From: Diplonema japonicum
Taxonomy: Eukaryota; Protista; Euglenozoa: Diplonemea
Direction of reading: 5' to 3'
Length of the DNA stretch: 64,000 bases
NCBI GenBank assembly: GCA_964019335.1
Contig: OZ025690.1
Coordinates: forward strand, 434,001-498,000
Numbering within the stretch: the stretch's first letter is position 1; every line of letters starts with the position of its first letter. Shown piece after piece: positions 33,201 through 48,200 of this stretch. The notes under the pieces are model-generated. The model made no database searches, was not told the DNA's origin, and worked only from the letters and a program-made list of their open reading frames with translations. The position numbers were made by a program, and so were the translations under genes.

Positions 33201-36200
33201 AAGTACTGTTGTACATTGCTGGACACTCATCGCAGGTCGGCCCTGTCCAATATCCGCTACAAACACACAAACAACTGCGCCGGTCAGGTGCCACCACAGC
33301 ATCACCGTGAGCACACAGCGTGTCGCTGCATGGGATGCACGTCGGGTACGTGTGGCGCCCTACGTTGCACAGGTCACAGTCAGCACCGCTGTACACATGG
33401 GGGCAGATGTTGCATGAGGAGCCCGACCAGCTGTTGCGGCACTGGCATGCACATGTACCATTTACATTCCCATGATCACTGCAGTGCGTTGATGACGTGC
33501 AAGGCACGCAAAGCCCATTGAGCATGTAGTACCCATCTGTGCAAGAGGTGCATGTGGTATCAAACCCTATCGGGCACACGTTGCAAGAGGCGCCCGTCCA
33601 CGGCGTGCTGCAAGAGCACACACACACCGTTGCCATGTCATTTGCGGACACAGCTGTAGCTCTGCCTGAGCAGTGTACCGCCACGGTGCACTTGATACAC
33701 TCACCGCCTGCGTTGCTAACGTAGCCAGTGCTGCACCTCTCGCACATGGAGCCTTCATAACCTGTATCACAGGAACATAAGCACGCAGTTTGCTTATCAT
33801 TAGGGCGCGTAGTACCGTGCATGTTGCAGTGTGTAGAGGCAGTGCAGTCAACACAAGTTCCGTTGTTAATCTGGTTATTCAAGCAGTCGGAGCACCCCGT
33901 GCTATGTGGCACGGCAGGATCACACAGAACACAATCAGGGTACCCGCTGTAGCCTGGTGCGCACGCCCCACAATCTGCAGACGGATCGTATTCATTGGGA
34001 CACGTTCCACAGGTGGTACCCGTCCAGTGGTTGTTACAGGTACAAACACATTGTGTGCCTTGCGCAAGGACACCTGATGCTCTTCCGCTGCAATGGCTTT
34101 GCGTACTGCACTGTGTGCAAACAGGGTAGTTGGTAACTCGGGTTGCAGCACATGAGGTGCAACCGTTGCTGTCGTATTGCTCGGGGCACGTGTCGCATGA
34201 AGCACCTGTCCACTGACCGTTGCACAGACAGCGGCACCCCACACCATCGTAGTTGGGGACAGCTCTTCCAAAGGCACAATTCGAATCAGAACACAACACA
34301 CAGGCACCTGTCAGCGCGTTGCGAGCGTAGCCCTGTTCACACGTAGCACACGTCATTCCTGTGTAGCCCTGCGTGCACGTGCACACACACGGCGCACTTC
34401 CTCCATTCGACGAAACGCTTGCCGCATGGCCGTTGCAATGAGCACCCACCGTGCACGGCTCACAGTAGCCAGCAGCACGTGTATAGTTACTAGCACATTC
34501 GTAGCAATCACCAGAAATGTAACCCACAGGGCACACGTTGCATGAAGGACCAGACCAGTTGTTAGTGCACTCCGTACACTGGCAACTAGAACCGTCGGGT
34601 GTCGCCGTTACCGTAACAGCTCTACCATTGCAATGCTCGGTGTTGCTACATTGCATGCAATTGCTGCCAATGCATATCTCGCATGAAGTTCCAGACCAGC
34701 CATCCTGACAAGTACAAGTGCACTCTTCAGCATTTGCGACCACGCTAGCAGCTCGGTTGTTGCAATTGTGTTCATTCGAGCACACCGAACAAGTACTACC
34801 TGCGTGCCCGTCAGTGCACGTGCGGCACTCCTCCTGATCGTATTGTTCTGGACACGTATTGCAGACTGCACCTGACCAGTTGTCTGCACAGGTGCATAAG
34901 CAAATGGTTTGTGCGGTATCAGTAGTAATGCTGGCTGCATGGTTGTTGCACAACTCTGCCACACACTCAGTGCAATGGGGATAGTTGATCCGACCTGACG
35001 CACAAGCAAGGCAATCTGGAGTGAATTCCATGGGGCACAACGAGCAGTCGTCGCCCGTCCACGGTACGTGGCATGCACACTGGCACCCGTTGTATGTTGC
35101 AGTACTGGTGCCATGTCCGCTGCAGTCATCAGCTGATGAGCACCGCCTGCAACCTTCACCTTGCACAGCAGAGTACCCTACATGACCCGGGGCACATGCG
35201 TTGCACCCAGCATCGTTGTACTGTTCAGGACACGTTGCACAACTGCTCCCCGTCCACTGATCCTTGCACGTACACATACAAGCCGTCTGTGCCGCATTGC
35301 TTGTGACAACTTTAGCATTCCCAGAGCAGTGAACATTATTAGAGCATTCACCGCATATGGGGAAGTTGATGAAGCCAGGTGCACACGCTTGGCACGAGGT
35401 GCTGTATTGCGGTGGACACACGTCACACAAGTCACCAGTCCATGGTACGATGCAGCTACAGACGCACCTGTCTCGTGTGGTGCTCGCCACGACAGTTGTG
35501 CTGTGTGCGCACAGAGAACAGGGCATACAGCTCGGGTAGTCAATAGCATGAGGCAAACAGTCCCTGCAATCTCTGAGAGGATCATAAGGCCATGGACATG
35601 TAGAGCATGTGTCACCTGTCCACTTGTTGCTGCAAGTGCACTTGCATGTATCAGACTGAGCAGTTAAAACTAAGTTCAAACTGCCGTGTTCGCATAACTC
35701 GGGTGCGCACAGCGTGCATATCGGGTACCCCACACGCCCAGATGCACACTTGTCACAGTTGCCTGCATACACCGCTTGGCACTGCGAACAGTCGTCACCT
35801 GTCCATTGCCCCGTGCATGTGCAGATGCATTGGCTCCTGTCCGCTGATGAGCTGCTGACGGTACCGTGCTGGTTGCAGTGCGTGAGAGCATTGCATTCAG
35901 TACAAGTAGGGAAGTCACCAACGTAGCCACTAGCACAGCTGCCGCAGTCCCTCGAAGGGTCGTACATAACAGGGCAGATATCACACGTGTCGCCCTGCCA
36001 CTTGTTTCGGCATGAACATTGGCATTGCGATTCGTTCATAACGGCAGCAAGACCACCAACGCCACACTGGGTAACCGAACACACTATGCAGTCCGGGTAA
36101 TTATATCTGCCAGGTGCACATGTTTTGCAGTTAGTATCGTACTTCGCATTGCACACGTCGCATGCAGCACCTTCCCAGTGATCGGTGCAAGTGCACAGAC

Positions 36201-39200
36201 ACGTGCTTCGGTTAGCTGTAGCAACAGCGACAGACGCATGACCATTGCAGTGCTCACCTATATCACAAGCAGTGCAGTTCGGCAAAATATGTCCCGCAGA
36301 ACATGTCTTGCAATATGCACCGGTGTAAGCAGGCTTGCATTGACGGCAGTCAGTACCAGCCCAGTTCCCCAAGCACGTGCACACACACGTATCTCCTATT
36401 ACAGTAACGGCTGAAGCATGACCACAGTCCTGCTGCAGGGTACATCTCCTGCACCCATTCTCGGACTTGACATAGCCATGGTCGCATAGTTTGCAGTCTG
36501 AGTCACTGCGGAATCCTTCAGGACATATCGAGCAATCGTGCCCTGTCCACATGTTGCGACAATGGCACAAACAGCCTGCGTGAGTAGCACCCGATGTGTG
36601 TACATGAGTGAATGTTTCGACCGACGCCGCATGGCCATTGCAGTGTACTGCGTTGTCGCACAAGACACAGGAAGGGTAATCCACGCGGTTGTCACTGCAT
36701 TTCTCACAGGCGCTTCCTGCATAGATAGCTTTGCAGGAACACAAGCAGTCGGTACCATCACTTGTAACCGACTCGGCATTGCCAGTGCAGTCCCCAGAGA
36801 CAGTGCAGTGTCTGCATTCGGGATATGTCACACGGCCCTCAGCACAAGTAGAGCAGTCCACTGCAGAGTACTGGTCCGGACAGAGGTGGCACGAAAGTCC
36901 CTCCCATTTGCCATCGCATTGGCAAGTACAAGTCACCCCGTCAGAAGTAACACCGGTCGCATGGCCAGAGCAATGAATAGAGGAAGTACACTTGATGCAC
37001 TCGGGATATCCCACATGGTGTGGCGCGCAGCTACTGCATGTAGCTGGGTCGTAGTTCTCGGGACAGGTGTCACATTTCACGCCTGTCCATTGGTTACTGC
37101 AAGTGCACCTGCAAGTTGTGAGCGATGCATCCGGTTGAGCCGAACTCGCGTGGCCGTGACAGTGGTCATCAACAGAGCACTCACCACAGAGAGGATAACC
37201 AGTTCTCTCAGGTGAGCACTCTCCACAATCCGCATTGACATCGAACCGCGAGGGGCACGTGTTACACGAGGGCCCTGTCCACTGGTTCTTACATGTGCAC
37301 GAGCATGTGTCGTCACTGCTTCGAACTTCTACAGCATGTGAGTTGCAATGCACACCTGCCGAGCAGACTTCTTGACACTCTGTGCTGATACCTACCCTAC
37401 CGTTTGCACATTTATCACACGACGTACCACTAAATGCCGGAGGGCAGATATCACATTTGTCACCTTTCCATTGGTTGTTGCATGCACAGACGCAAGAGGT
37501 GCCGCTGCTGTCAATGCTACTTGGTGCGCCGTTGAAGGTGCAATCTTTTTCCGTGCACAGCGTACACGTGGGATAGTTCACTCTTAGGGCACTGCAGCTG
37601 CTACAATCCTGACTATATTTTCTAGGGCAAGTGTCGCACTTGTAACCAGTCCACGGTGGGGTGCATTCACACTCACACACAACGTGGGTCCCAGTCGAAG
37701 TAACCGCATGAGCGTGTCCGCTACAGTGCTCAGTAATTGAGCACATTTCACATTCAGGGTATCCCACGTAGCCGTCTCTACACGAGTTACAATTCGTTTG
37801 GTTATATTTGTCGTCACAAATAGTGCATTGCCCTCCAGTCCACTGATCAGCACACTCACACTTACAGTCGTCCATCCCACCGGTGGAGTATGAACGCAAA
37901 GCCCCAACGCTACAGTGTTCTTGTACAGTGCACAACACACAGTTACCACCACCATATCCAGGACTACATTCGTTACAAATTTTGCCCATGAACCCATCAT
38001 TACATGTGCACACACACTCCGTGTTTGCCTCGTCAGATACCACAGAAGCCGCATTATTGCTGCATTCAGCCTGACTGCATCTAATATCACATTTCCCCAA
38101 TCTGCTAATGTAGCCCTCTGCACAGGAACGACACTCAACATCTTCAAAGTTATTGGGGCAAGAACTACAATCATCACCCATCCAATAGTGGTCACACGTA
38201 CACGTACACTGCGTGCTGTTCGGTTCCGATCCGACAGCTGAGGCATGCCCGCTGCAGTGGGTGTCGAGGGAGCACGGAAGACACAGCCCGCCCACCTCGA
38301 CGAAGCCAGCCGCGCACACCGGGGAGATCCCGCTGCAGTCGTAGTTCGGGGGACAGATCCCACAGGCCGATCCCGTCCAAGGTACCTTGCACACACAGAC
38401 GCACTCATCGTTCGCAACGTATTCATCGCTGGAGTGCCCGTTGCACGCGGCCCCGTCGCACAACTTGTCGCACACGGGCCACCCGTGCAAGCCCTCGCTG
38501 CACCCGTCGCACTCGTCTCCGCCATACTGCGAGGGACACACGTCGCACCCCTCCCCAGTCCACTGGTTCGAGCATCCACTCGAGTTGCACACACAACGCT
38601 GCTGCCCAGCATCCGTAGACACGAGAACAGCCCGTCCAGAACAGTCCGCACCGTTGTCACAGGCCCGACACCCAGCCTCGCTCTGCACCGAGATGTGAAG
38701 GGAAGAACACCCATCGCAGGTAGGCCCGTTTTCCTCGAAGCGGGTTGGGCAGGTCTCGCATTGAGAACCCTCCCACCTCCCGGTACAGGTGCAAACACAC
38801 TGCGAGTGGGTCTCGTCAGAGGTCACAGAGGAGGCGTGGCCTGAGCAATCCCCTCCCACAGTGCAAGCCCTGCAGCTCGCTCCTTCCCACACGTGTCCAA
38901 CAGAGCAGGTTGCACAGTTCGGGGGAGAGTAGGCCGCAGGACACCCACAGTCGCAGCCTGTTTGGGTCGCGTTCGCCGAAGAGCTCCCGCGCCCGCTGCA
39001 GTGTCCGACAGAGGTGCACGGGACACAGGCCTCGCCGACAGAGATGTGGTTCGAAGCACAACCGTCGCAAGTGGGTCCTGCAAAGGTGGCCGCACAAGAG
39101 GAACAGTTGGATCCCGCCCACCTTGTCGTGCAGGAACACAAGCACTCGGTGCCCCCAGAGCCCACAGTCGCAGTCACAGCCCTCCCGTTGCAGGAGGCAT

Positions 39201-42200
39201 CTACACTGCACACCTTGCACTCCGGATAGTCGAACCTCCCAACAGCACACTCCCTGCACCCAGACCCAAGGGAGTACTCCTCAGGGCACACCTCGCAGTG
39301 CAAACCGGTCCAACTGTCCACGCAAGCCCCGCAGCTGCAAGCATTGTTGTTCCCAGTCACCTGCGCCCCAGAGAGCAGGCGGCCGTTGCAGTGGTCATCG
39401 TTCGTGCAAGCCGAACACATCGGATAGCCAGACCCGAAGCCCACACCGCACGCCCCGCAGTCAGCTGAGGCATCGAAGCGCCCAGGGCAGACAGAGCAGT
39501 CGGGACCGCCCCATTGGTTTCGGCAGCTGCAAGAACAGGTCGTCCCGTCGCTCGTCACCCCGGTTGCGTGCCCAGAGCAGTCACCGCTCGTCGTGCACTG
39601 CCGGCACTCGGGGTGGTTCGTCCTCCCGTTCGCACACGTCCCGCAATCCAGAGAGGAGTTGAAGCGTCCCTCGCACACAGAACAGTCGTCCCCACTCCAC
39701 ATTGCACGACAGGTGCATGAACACCCGTTGATCTGCACCGCGTGCCCGCTGCAGTGCGTCTCTGTAGTGCACTCCGCACAAGCAGGGTATCCGGTGTAGC
39801 CGAAAGAACAAGCCCCACAGTCTTTTGCAGGGTCGTACCGAACAGGGCACTCGTCGCACCGCACACCTTCCCAGAACCCGGGGGCATCACAGCTGCACAC
39901 GCACACCCTGCTCCCTCCCCTCACCTCGATACCTGCCGAGGAGGCCCGACCGTTGCACTGGGCCGTCGTGCAAGGCTCGCAGGTAGGGTAGTTGTCCAAG
40001 CTTGTGGGGGCACACTCGCTGCAGTTCGATCCCGTGAACCTCGAAGGACACGTCCCGCAGTTCGTCCCGGTCCACTGGTGCCAGCACTCGCACTCGCAGG
40101 TGCTCCCGTCGCTCTTTGCAACTGAGTTCCCGTGGTTGCTGCAGTCTCCCTGCACACACTTTCGACACCCACTGGTCCCGTCCCTCGCGTACCCGGCGTC
40201 GCTGTCGCACTGCTCACACTGCGGTCCCTTGTAGCCAGGGTTGCAAGCGCACACACAACTAATTCGCGCCGCATCGGGTGAAGCTGTCCCGCGAGCATTG
40301 CAGTGTTGTTGTCCACTGCACACTTCAACACAACCATCGGAGTAAAGGATGCGATCGCTGTTGCACTTGTTACAAGAAGTTCCAGCAAACTGCACAGGGC
40401 ACTCATCACACTGTGACCCAGACCACTTGTTTGAGCACACACAGCTACAAGAAGCTGTAGCAGGGTGGGGGGCCACAGAAAGTGCGTTCCCACTGCAGTT
40501 TCCTGCAGTCGAGCAAAGCGTGCACCCGTGAACAGGGTGCAGAACATGGTCGGAGGAGCAGGAATCACAGTCGTCGCCAGAGTGTCTCGGTCCGCACAAA
40601 GAGCAGTCAGGACCGCTCCAGTAGTTTCTGCACGTGCACACACAAGTCTCCCTGTCGTCCCCCGAGGTCACAGAGGTGGCGTGTCCACTACAGTGTGCGT
40701 TCAGCGTACATCGAGGACACCCTTCGCTGTACTTGTGGTACCCAACCTCGCAGCTTGTGCAGTTCGTGGAAATTGCAAAACCTGTTTCGCAGGTGAAGCA
40801 AGAAGGAGAAGCCCAGTTCCCACCGCAGCTGCACTCGCACCCAGTCCTCTCAGCATCCGACGTCACAGAGACTGCGTTCCCATTGCAGTGCTGGTCATTT
40901 GTACAAACCAAGCACGCCGGGTACTGAATCCTCCCCACAGCACAGGCATCGCAAGTGTTTGCCTCATACTTGGCATCACATGTTGCACAAGACGAGCCCT
41001 TCCACTGTGCAGAACATGTACACGCACACCCGTTGCGCGTGGAGTTCGTCTGCACAGCTGTTGCATGGCCCGAACAGTGATCTGCGATTGTGCACAAGGT
41101 GCAAGCAGGGTAGCTGAAGCGGTTAGCAGAGCACTCACCGCACGTGGGACCAGTGAACTCATCGACACATGTACACACACAGCCTGTGTGGTACGCATTC
41201 GAAGAAGTTTCTGACGCATGGCCGTTGCAATGTATCAATGTGTCACATCGTTTACAGCCGAGCTCCTGGTCCTGGATGTAACCTTCTGCACATGTCAAGC
41301 AATCAGAAGGGTTGTACTTCTCATCGCAAGTGTCACACGTAGGCCCCTCCCACTTGTTTTGGCAGTCACAGTCACATGCTTCTTTTAGAGGTATCCTCGG
41401 GAAGGCCTTCCCACGGGAGTTGCAGTGTTGAGCGGAATTACACCTCTCAACACACCCATCGCTGAACAGGATTCGGTCTGTGGAACAGTTGTTGCAGTCC
41501 TCGCCAGAAAATTCAAGTGGGCAAACAGAGCAACTCGGTCCTGTCCACTTGTAATCGCAGCTGCAAAGGCATGCAGTGTGCTGCTCGTTTGAAGTTACTG
41601 AGGATGCGTGACCAGTGCAGTGCTCAGCCACCGTGCAAAGTCCACAAGCCGGGTAGGTCCCGCTGTATCCAGTGGTACATTGTCCACAATCCTCTGCCTC
41701 GTCGAAAGGAGCGGGGCACTCTTCGCACATTTCACCCATCCAGCTCCCCCTGCAGCTACATGTGCAGACAGTGTGATCATCATTCGAGGTCACGGCGTGA
41801 GCATGGTTGCTGCAGTGTGCGACAACAGAGCATTCTTCCTGACATCCAGCGTCGTAGCCAATGCGACCAACAGCACACCTGTTGCAGTTTTCACCTCCAA
41901 ATACAGAAGGACACACACTGCAGTCGGGGCCTGACCACCGGTCTCGGCAAGCACAAGTGCATTTTTCTTTTGCTGCATCCGTCCCAGTTACGGTACCACC
42001 ACCAGAGCAGTCGGTGGTGTCAGAGCACTGTCTGCACAAAGACCCAACCCGCTTCTCAGAACACCCGTTACAATCTGCCGTTTCGTTGAACCTTGCATCG
42101 CACACTGAACAATCCTCACCCGCCCATTCATTTCGGCATGTACAGAAACAACTGCTTGATGTGGGCAGCACGCTCGCAGCCTTGTTGTTGCAATTGTTGT

Positions 42201-45200
42201 TGTTCGAACACTCGTAGCATGTTGGGTAATCATAGTGATCAGCAGCACACATGTCGCAGTTCGCACCACCGAAGACACCACCACACACGCCGCATGTGTC
42301 ACCACTCCACTTGTTCGCACACGTGCACATGCAAGTGGTCCGTGCTTCGTCACTCCTTGTAGCTGATGCATGCGAATTACAATGTACATCAACTTCACAC
42401 TTTGTGCAGCTTGGATAATTTACAAAGCCATCATCACACTTGCCACAATTACTTCCCGTGAAGCCTTCCTTGCAGCTACACACACATTCTGTGTTATCGA
42501 CATTACTGTCTACAAGAACAGCATTTCCATTACAGTCACTTGCCGTTGTGCATGCTCGACATGGTGCTCCTATGTAACCACCAGAGCAGGTACTGCAATC
42601 ACTCGCCTCACTGTATCCCACAAGACACGCATTACAATTGGATCCTACCCATTTGTTCCTGCACGTACACGTACACTGCGTGCTGTTCGGTTCCGATCCG
42701 ACAGCTGAGGCATGCCCGCTGCAGTGGGTGTCGAGGGAGCACGGAAGACACAGCCCGCCCACCTCGACGAAGCCAGCCGCGCACACCGGGGAGATCCCGC
42801 TGCAGTCGTAGTTCGGGGGACAGATCCCACAGGCCGATCCCGTCCAAGGTACCTTGCACACACAGACGCACTCATCGTTCGCAACGTATTCATCGCTGGA
42901 GTGCCCGTTGCACGCGGCCCCGTCGCACAACTTGTCGCACACGGGCCACCCGTGCAAGCCCTCGCTGCACCCGTCGCACTCGTCTCCGCCATACTGCGAG
43001 GGACACACGTCGCACCCCTCCCCAGTCCACTGGTTCGAGCATCCACTCGAGTTGCACACACAACGCTGCTGCCCAGCATCCGTAGACACGAGAACAGCCC
43101 GTCCAGAACAGTCCGCACCGTTGTCACAGGCCCGACACCCAGCCTCGCTCTGCACCGAGATGTGAAGGGAAGAACACCCATCGCAGGTAGGCCCGTTTTC
43201 CTCGAAGCGGGTTGGGCAGGTCTCGCATTGAGAACCCTCCCACCTCCCGGTACAGGTGCAAACACACTGCGAGTGGGTCTCGTCAGAGGTCACAGAGGAG
43301 GCGTGGCCTGAGCAATCCCCTCCCACAGTGCAAGCCCTGCAGCTCGCTCCTTCCCACACGTGTCCAACAGAGCAGGTTGCACAGTTCGGGGGAGAGTAGG
43401 CCGCAGGACACCCACAGTCGCAGCCTGTTTGGGTCGCGTTCGCCGAAGAGCTCCCGCGCCCGCTGCAGTGTCCGACAGAGGTGCACGGGACACAGGCCTC
43501 GCCGACAGAGATGTGGTTCGAAGCACAACCGTCGCAAGTGGGTCCTGCAAAGGTGGCCGCACAAGAGGAACAGTTGGATCCCGCCCACCTTGTCGTGCAG
43601 GAACACAAGCACTCGGTGCCCCCAGAGCCCACAGTCGCAGTCACAGCCCTCCCGTTGCAGGAGGCATCTACACTGCACACCTTGCACTCCGGATAGTCGA
43701 ACCTCCCAACAGCACACTCCCTGCACCCAGACCCAAGGGAGTACTCCTCAGGGCACACCTCGCAGTGCAAACCGGTCCAACTGTCCACGCAAGCCCCGCA
43801 GCTGCAAGCATTGTTGTTCCCAGTCACCTGCGCCCCAGAGAGCAGGCGGCCGTTGCAGTGGTCATCGTTCGTGCAAGCCGAACACATCGGATAGCCAGAC
43901 CCGAAGCCCACACCGCACGCCCCGCAGTCAGCTGAGGCATCGAAGCGCCCAGGGCAGACAGAGCAGTCGGGACCGCCCCATTGGTTTCGGCAGCTGCAAG
44001 AACAGGTCGTCCCGTCGCTCGTCACCCCGGTTGCGTGCCCAGAGCAGTCACCGCTCGTCGTGCACTGCCGGCACTCGGGGTGGTTCGTCCTCCCGTTCGC
44101 ACACGTCCCGCAATCCAGAGAGGAGTTGAAGCGTCCCTCGCACACAGAACAGTCGTCCCCACTCCACATTGCACGACAGGTGCATGAACACCCGTTGATC
44201 TGCACCGCGTGCCCGCTGCAGTGCGTCTCTGTAGTGCACTCCGCACAAGCAGGGTATCCGGTGTAGCCGAAAGAACAAGCCCCACAGTCTTTTGCAGGGT
44301 CGTACCGAACAGGGCACTCGTCGCACCGCACACCTTCCCAGAACCCGGGGGCATCACAGCTGCACACGCACACCCTGCTCCCTCCCCTCACCTCGATACC
44401 TGCCGAGGAGGCCCGACCGTTGCACTGGGCCGTCGTGCAAGGCTCGCAGGTAGGGTAGTTGTCCAAGCTTGTGGGGGCACACTCGCTGCAGTTCGATCCC
44501 GTGAACCTCGAAGGACACGTCCCGCAGTTCGTCCCGGTCCACTGGTGCCAGCACTCGCACTCGCAGGTGCTCCCGTCGCTCTTTGCAACTGAGTTCCCGT
44601 GGTTGCTGCAGTCTCCCTGCACACACTTTCGACACCCACTGGTCCCGTCCCTCGCGTACCCGGCGTCGCTGTCGCACTGCTCACACTGCGGTCCCTTGTA
44701 GCCAGGGTTGCAAGCGCACACACAACTAATTCGCGCCGCATCGGGTGAAGCTGTCCCGCGAGCATTGCAGTGTTGTTGTCCACTGCACACTTCAACACAA
44801 CCATCGGAGTAAAGGATGCGATCGCTGTTGCACTTGTTACAAGAAGTTCCAGCAAACTGCACAGGGCACTCATCACACTGTGACCCAGACCACTTGTTTG
44901 AGCACACACAGCTACAAGAAGCTGTAGCAGGGTGGGGGGCCACAGAAAGTGCGTTCCCACTGCAGTTTCCTGCAGTCGAGCAAAGCGTGCACCCGTGAAC
45001 AGGGTGCAGAACATGGTCGGAGGAGCAGGAATCACAGTCGTCGCCAGAGTGTCTCGGTCCGCACAAAGAGCAGTCAGGACCGCTCCAGTAGTTTCTGCAC
45101 GTGCACACACAAGTCTCCCTGTCGTCCCCCGAGGTCACAGAGGTGGCGTGTCCACTACAGTGTGCGTTCAGCGTACATCGAGGACACCCTTCGCTGTACT

Positions 45201-48200
45201 TGTGGTACCCAACCTCGCAGCTTGTGCAGTTCGTGGAAATTGCAAAACCTGTTTCGCAGGTGAAGCAAGAAGGAGAAGCCCAGTTCCCACCGCAGCTGCA
45301 CTCGCACCCAGTCCTCTCAGCATCCGACGTCACAGAGACTGCGTTCCCATTGCAGTGCTGGTCATTTGTACAAACCAAGCACGCCGGGTACTGAATCCTC
45401 CCCACAGCACAGGCATCGCAAGTGTTTGCCTCATACTTGGCATCACATGTTGCACAAGACGAGCCCTTCCACTGTGCAGAACATGTACACGCACACCCGT
45501 TGCGCGTGGAGTTCGTCTGCACAGCTGTTGCATGGCCCGAACAGTGATCTGCGATTGTGCACAAGGTGCAAGCAGGGTAGCTGAAGCGGTTAGCAGAGCA
45601 CTCACCGCACGTGGGACCAGTGAACTCATCGACACATGTACACACACAGCCTGTGTGGTACGCATTCGAAGAAGTTTCTGACGCATGGCCGTTGCAATGT
45701 ATCAATGTGTCACATCGTTTACAGCCGAGCTCCTGGTCCTGGATGTAACCTTCTGCACATGTCAAGCAATCAGAAGGGTTGTACTTCTCATCGCAAGTGT
45801 CACACGTAGGCCCCTCCCACTTGTTTTGGCAGTCACAGTCACATGCTTCTTTTAGAGGTATCCTCGGGAAGGCCTTCCCACGGGAGTTGCAGTGTTGAGC
45901 GGAATTACACCTCTCAACACACCCATCGCTGAACAGGATTCGGTCTGTGGAACAGTTGTTGCAGTCCTCGCCAGAAAATTCAAGTGGGCAAACAGAGCAA
46001 CTCGGTCCTGTCCACTTGTAATCGCAGCTGCAAAGGCATGCAGTGTGCTGCTCGTTTGAAGTTACTGAGGATGCGTGACCAGTGCAGTGCTCAGCCACCG
46101 TGCAAAGTCCACAAGCCGGGTAGGTCCCGCTGTATCCAGTGGTACATTGTCCACAATCCTCTGCCTCGTCGAAAGGAGCGGGGCACTCTTCGCACATTTC
46201 ACCCATCCAGCTCCCCCTGCAGCTACATGTGCAGACAGTGTGATCATCATTCGAGGTCACGGCGTGAGCATGGTTGCTGCAGTGTGCGACAACAGAGCAT
46301 TCTTCCTGACATCCAGCGTCGTAGCCAATGCGACCAACAGCACACCTGTTGCAGTTTTCACCTCCAAATACAGAAGGACACACACTGCAGTCGGGGCCTG
46401 ACCACCGGTCTCGGCAAGCACAAGTGCATTTTTCTTTTGCTGCATCCGTCCCAGTTACGGTACCACCACCAGAGCAGTCGGTGGTGTCAGAGCACTGTCT
46501 GCACAAAGACCCAACCCGCTTCTCAGAACACCCGTTACAATCTGCCGTTTCGTTGAACCTTGCATCGCACACTGAACAATCCTCACCCGCCCATTCATTT
46601 CGGCATGTACAGAAACAACTGCTTGATGTGGGCAGCACGCTCGCAGCCTTGTTGTTGCAATTGTTGTTGTTCGAACACTCGTAGCATGTTGGGTAATCAT
46701 AGTGATCAGCAGCACACATGTCGCAGTTCGCACCACCGAAGACACCACCACACACGCCGCATGTGTCACCACTCCACTTGTTCGCACACGTGCACATGCA
46801 AGTGGTCCGTGCTTCGTCACTCCTTGTAGCTGATGCATGCGAATTACAATGTACATCAACTTCACACTTTGTGCAGCTTGGATAATTTACAAAGCCATCA
46901 TCACACTTGCCACAATTACTTCCCGTGAAGCCTTCCTTGCAGCTACACACACATTCTGTGTTATCGACATTACTGTCTACAAGAACAGCATTTCCATTAC
47001 AGTCACTTGCCGTTGTGCATGCTCGACATGGTGCTCCTATGTAACCACCAGAGCAGGTACTGCAATCACTCGCCTCACTGTATCCCACAAGACACGCATT
47101 ACAATTGGATCCTACCCATTTGTTCCTGCACGTACACGTACACTGCGTGCTGTTCGGTTCCGATCCGACAGCTGAGGCATGCCCGCTGCAGTGGGTGTCG
47201 AGGGAGCACGGAAGACACAGCCCGCCCACCTCGACGAAGCCAGCCGCGCACACCGGGGAGATCCCGCTGCAGTCGTAGTTCGGGGGACAGATCCCACAGG
47301 CCGATCCCGTCCAAGGTACCTTGCACACACAGACGCACTCATCGTTCGCAACGTATTCATCGCTGGAGTGCCCGTTGCACGCGGCCCCGTCGCACAACTT
47401 GTCGCACACGGGCCACCCGTGCAAGCCCTCGCTGCACCCGTCGCACTCGTCTCCGCCATACTGCGAGGGACACACGTCGCACCCCTCCCCAGTCCACTGG
47501 TTCGAGCATCCACTCGAGTTGCACACACAACGCTGCTGCCCAGCATCCGTAGACACGAGAACAGCCCGTCCAGAACAGTCCGCACCGTTGTCACAGGCCC
47601 GACACCCAGCCTCGCTCTGCACCGAGATGTGAAGGGAAGAACACCCATCGCAGGTAGGCCCGTTTTCCTCGAAGCGGGTTGGGCAGGTCTCGCATTGAGA
47701 ACCCTCCCACCTCCCGGTACAGGTGCAAACACACTGCGAGTGGGTCTCGTCAGAGGTCACAGAGGAGGCGTGGCCTGAGCAATCCCCTCCCACAGTGCAA
47801 GCCCTGCAGCTCGCTCCTTCCCACACGTGTCCAACAGAGCAGGTTGCACAGTTCGGGGGAGAGTAGGCCGCAGGACACCCACAGTCGCAGCCTGTTTGGG
47901 TCGCGTTCGCCGAAGAGCTCCCGCGCCCGCTGCAGTGTCCGACAGAGGTGCACGGGACACAGGCCTCGCCGACAGAGATGTGGTTCGAAGCACAACCGTC
48001 GCAAGTGGGTCCTGCAAAGGTGGCCGCACAAGAGGAACAGTTGGATCCCGCCCACCTTGTCGTGCAGGAACACAAGCACTCGGTGCCCCCAGAGCCCACA
48101 GTCGCAGTCACAGCCCTCCCGTTGCAGGAGGCATCTACACTGCACACCTTGCACTCCGGATAGTCGAACCTCCCAACAGCACACTCCCTGCACCCAGACC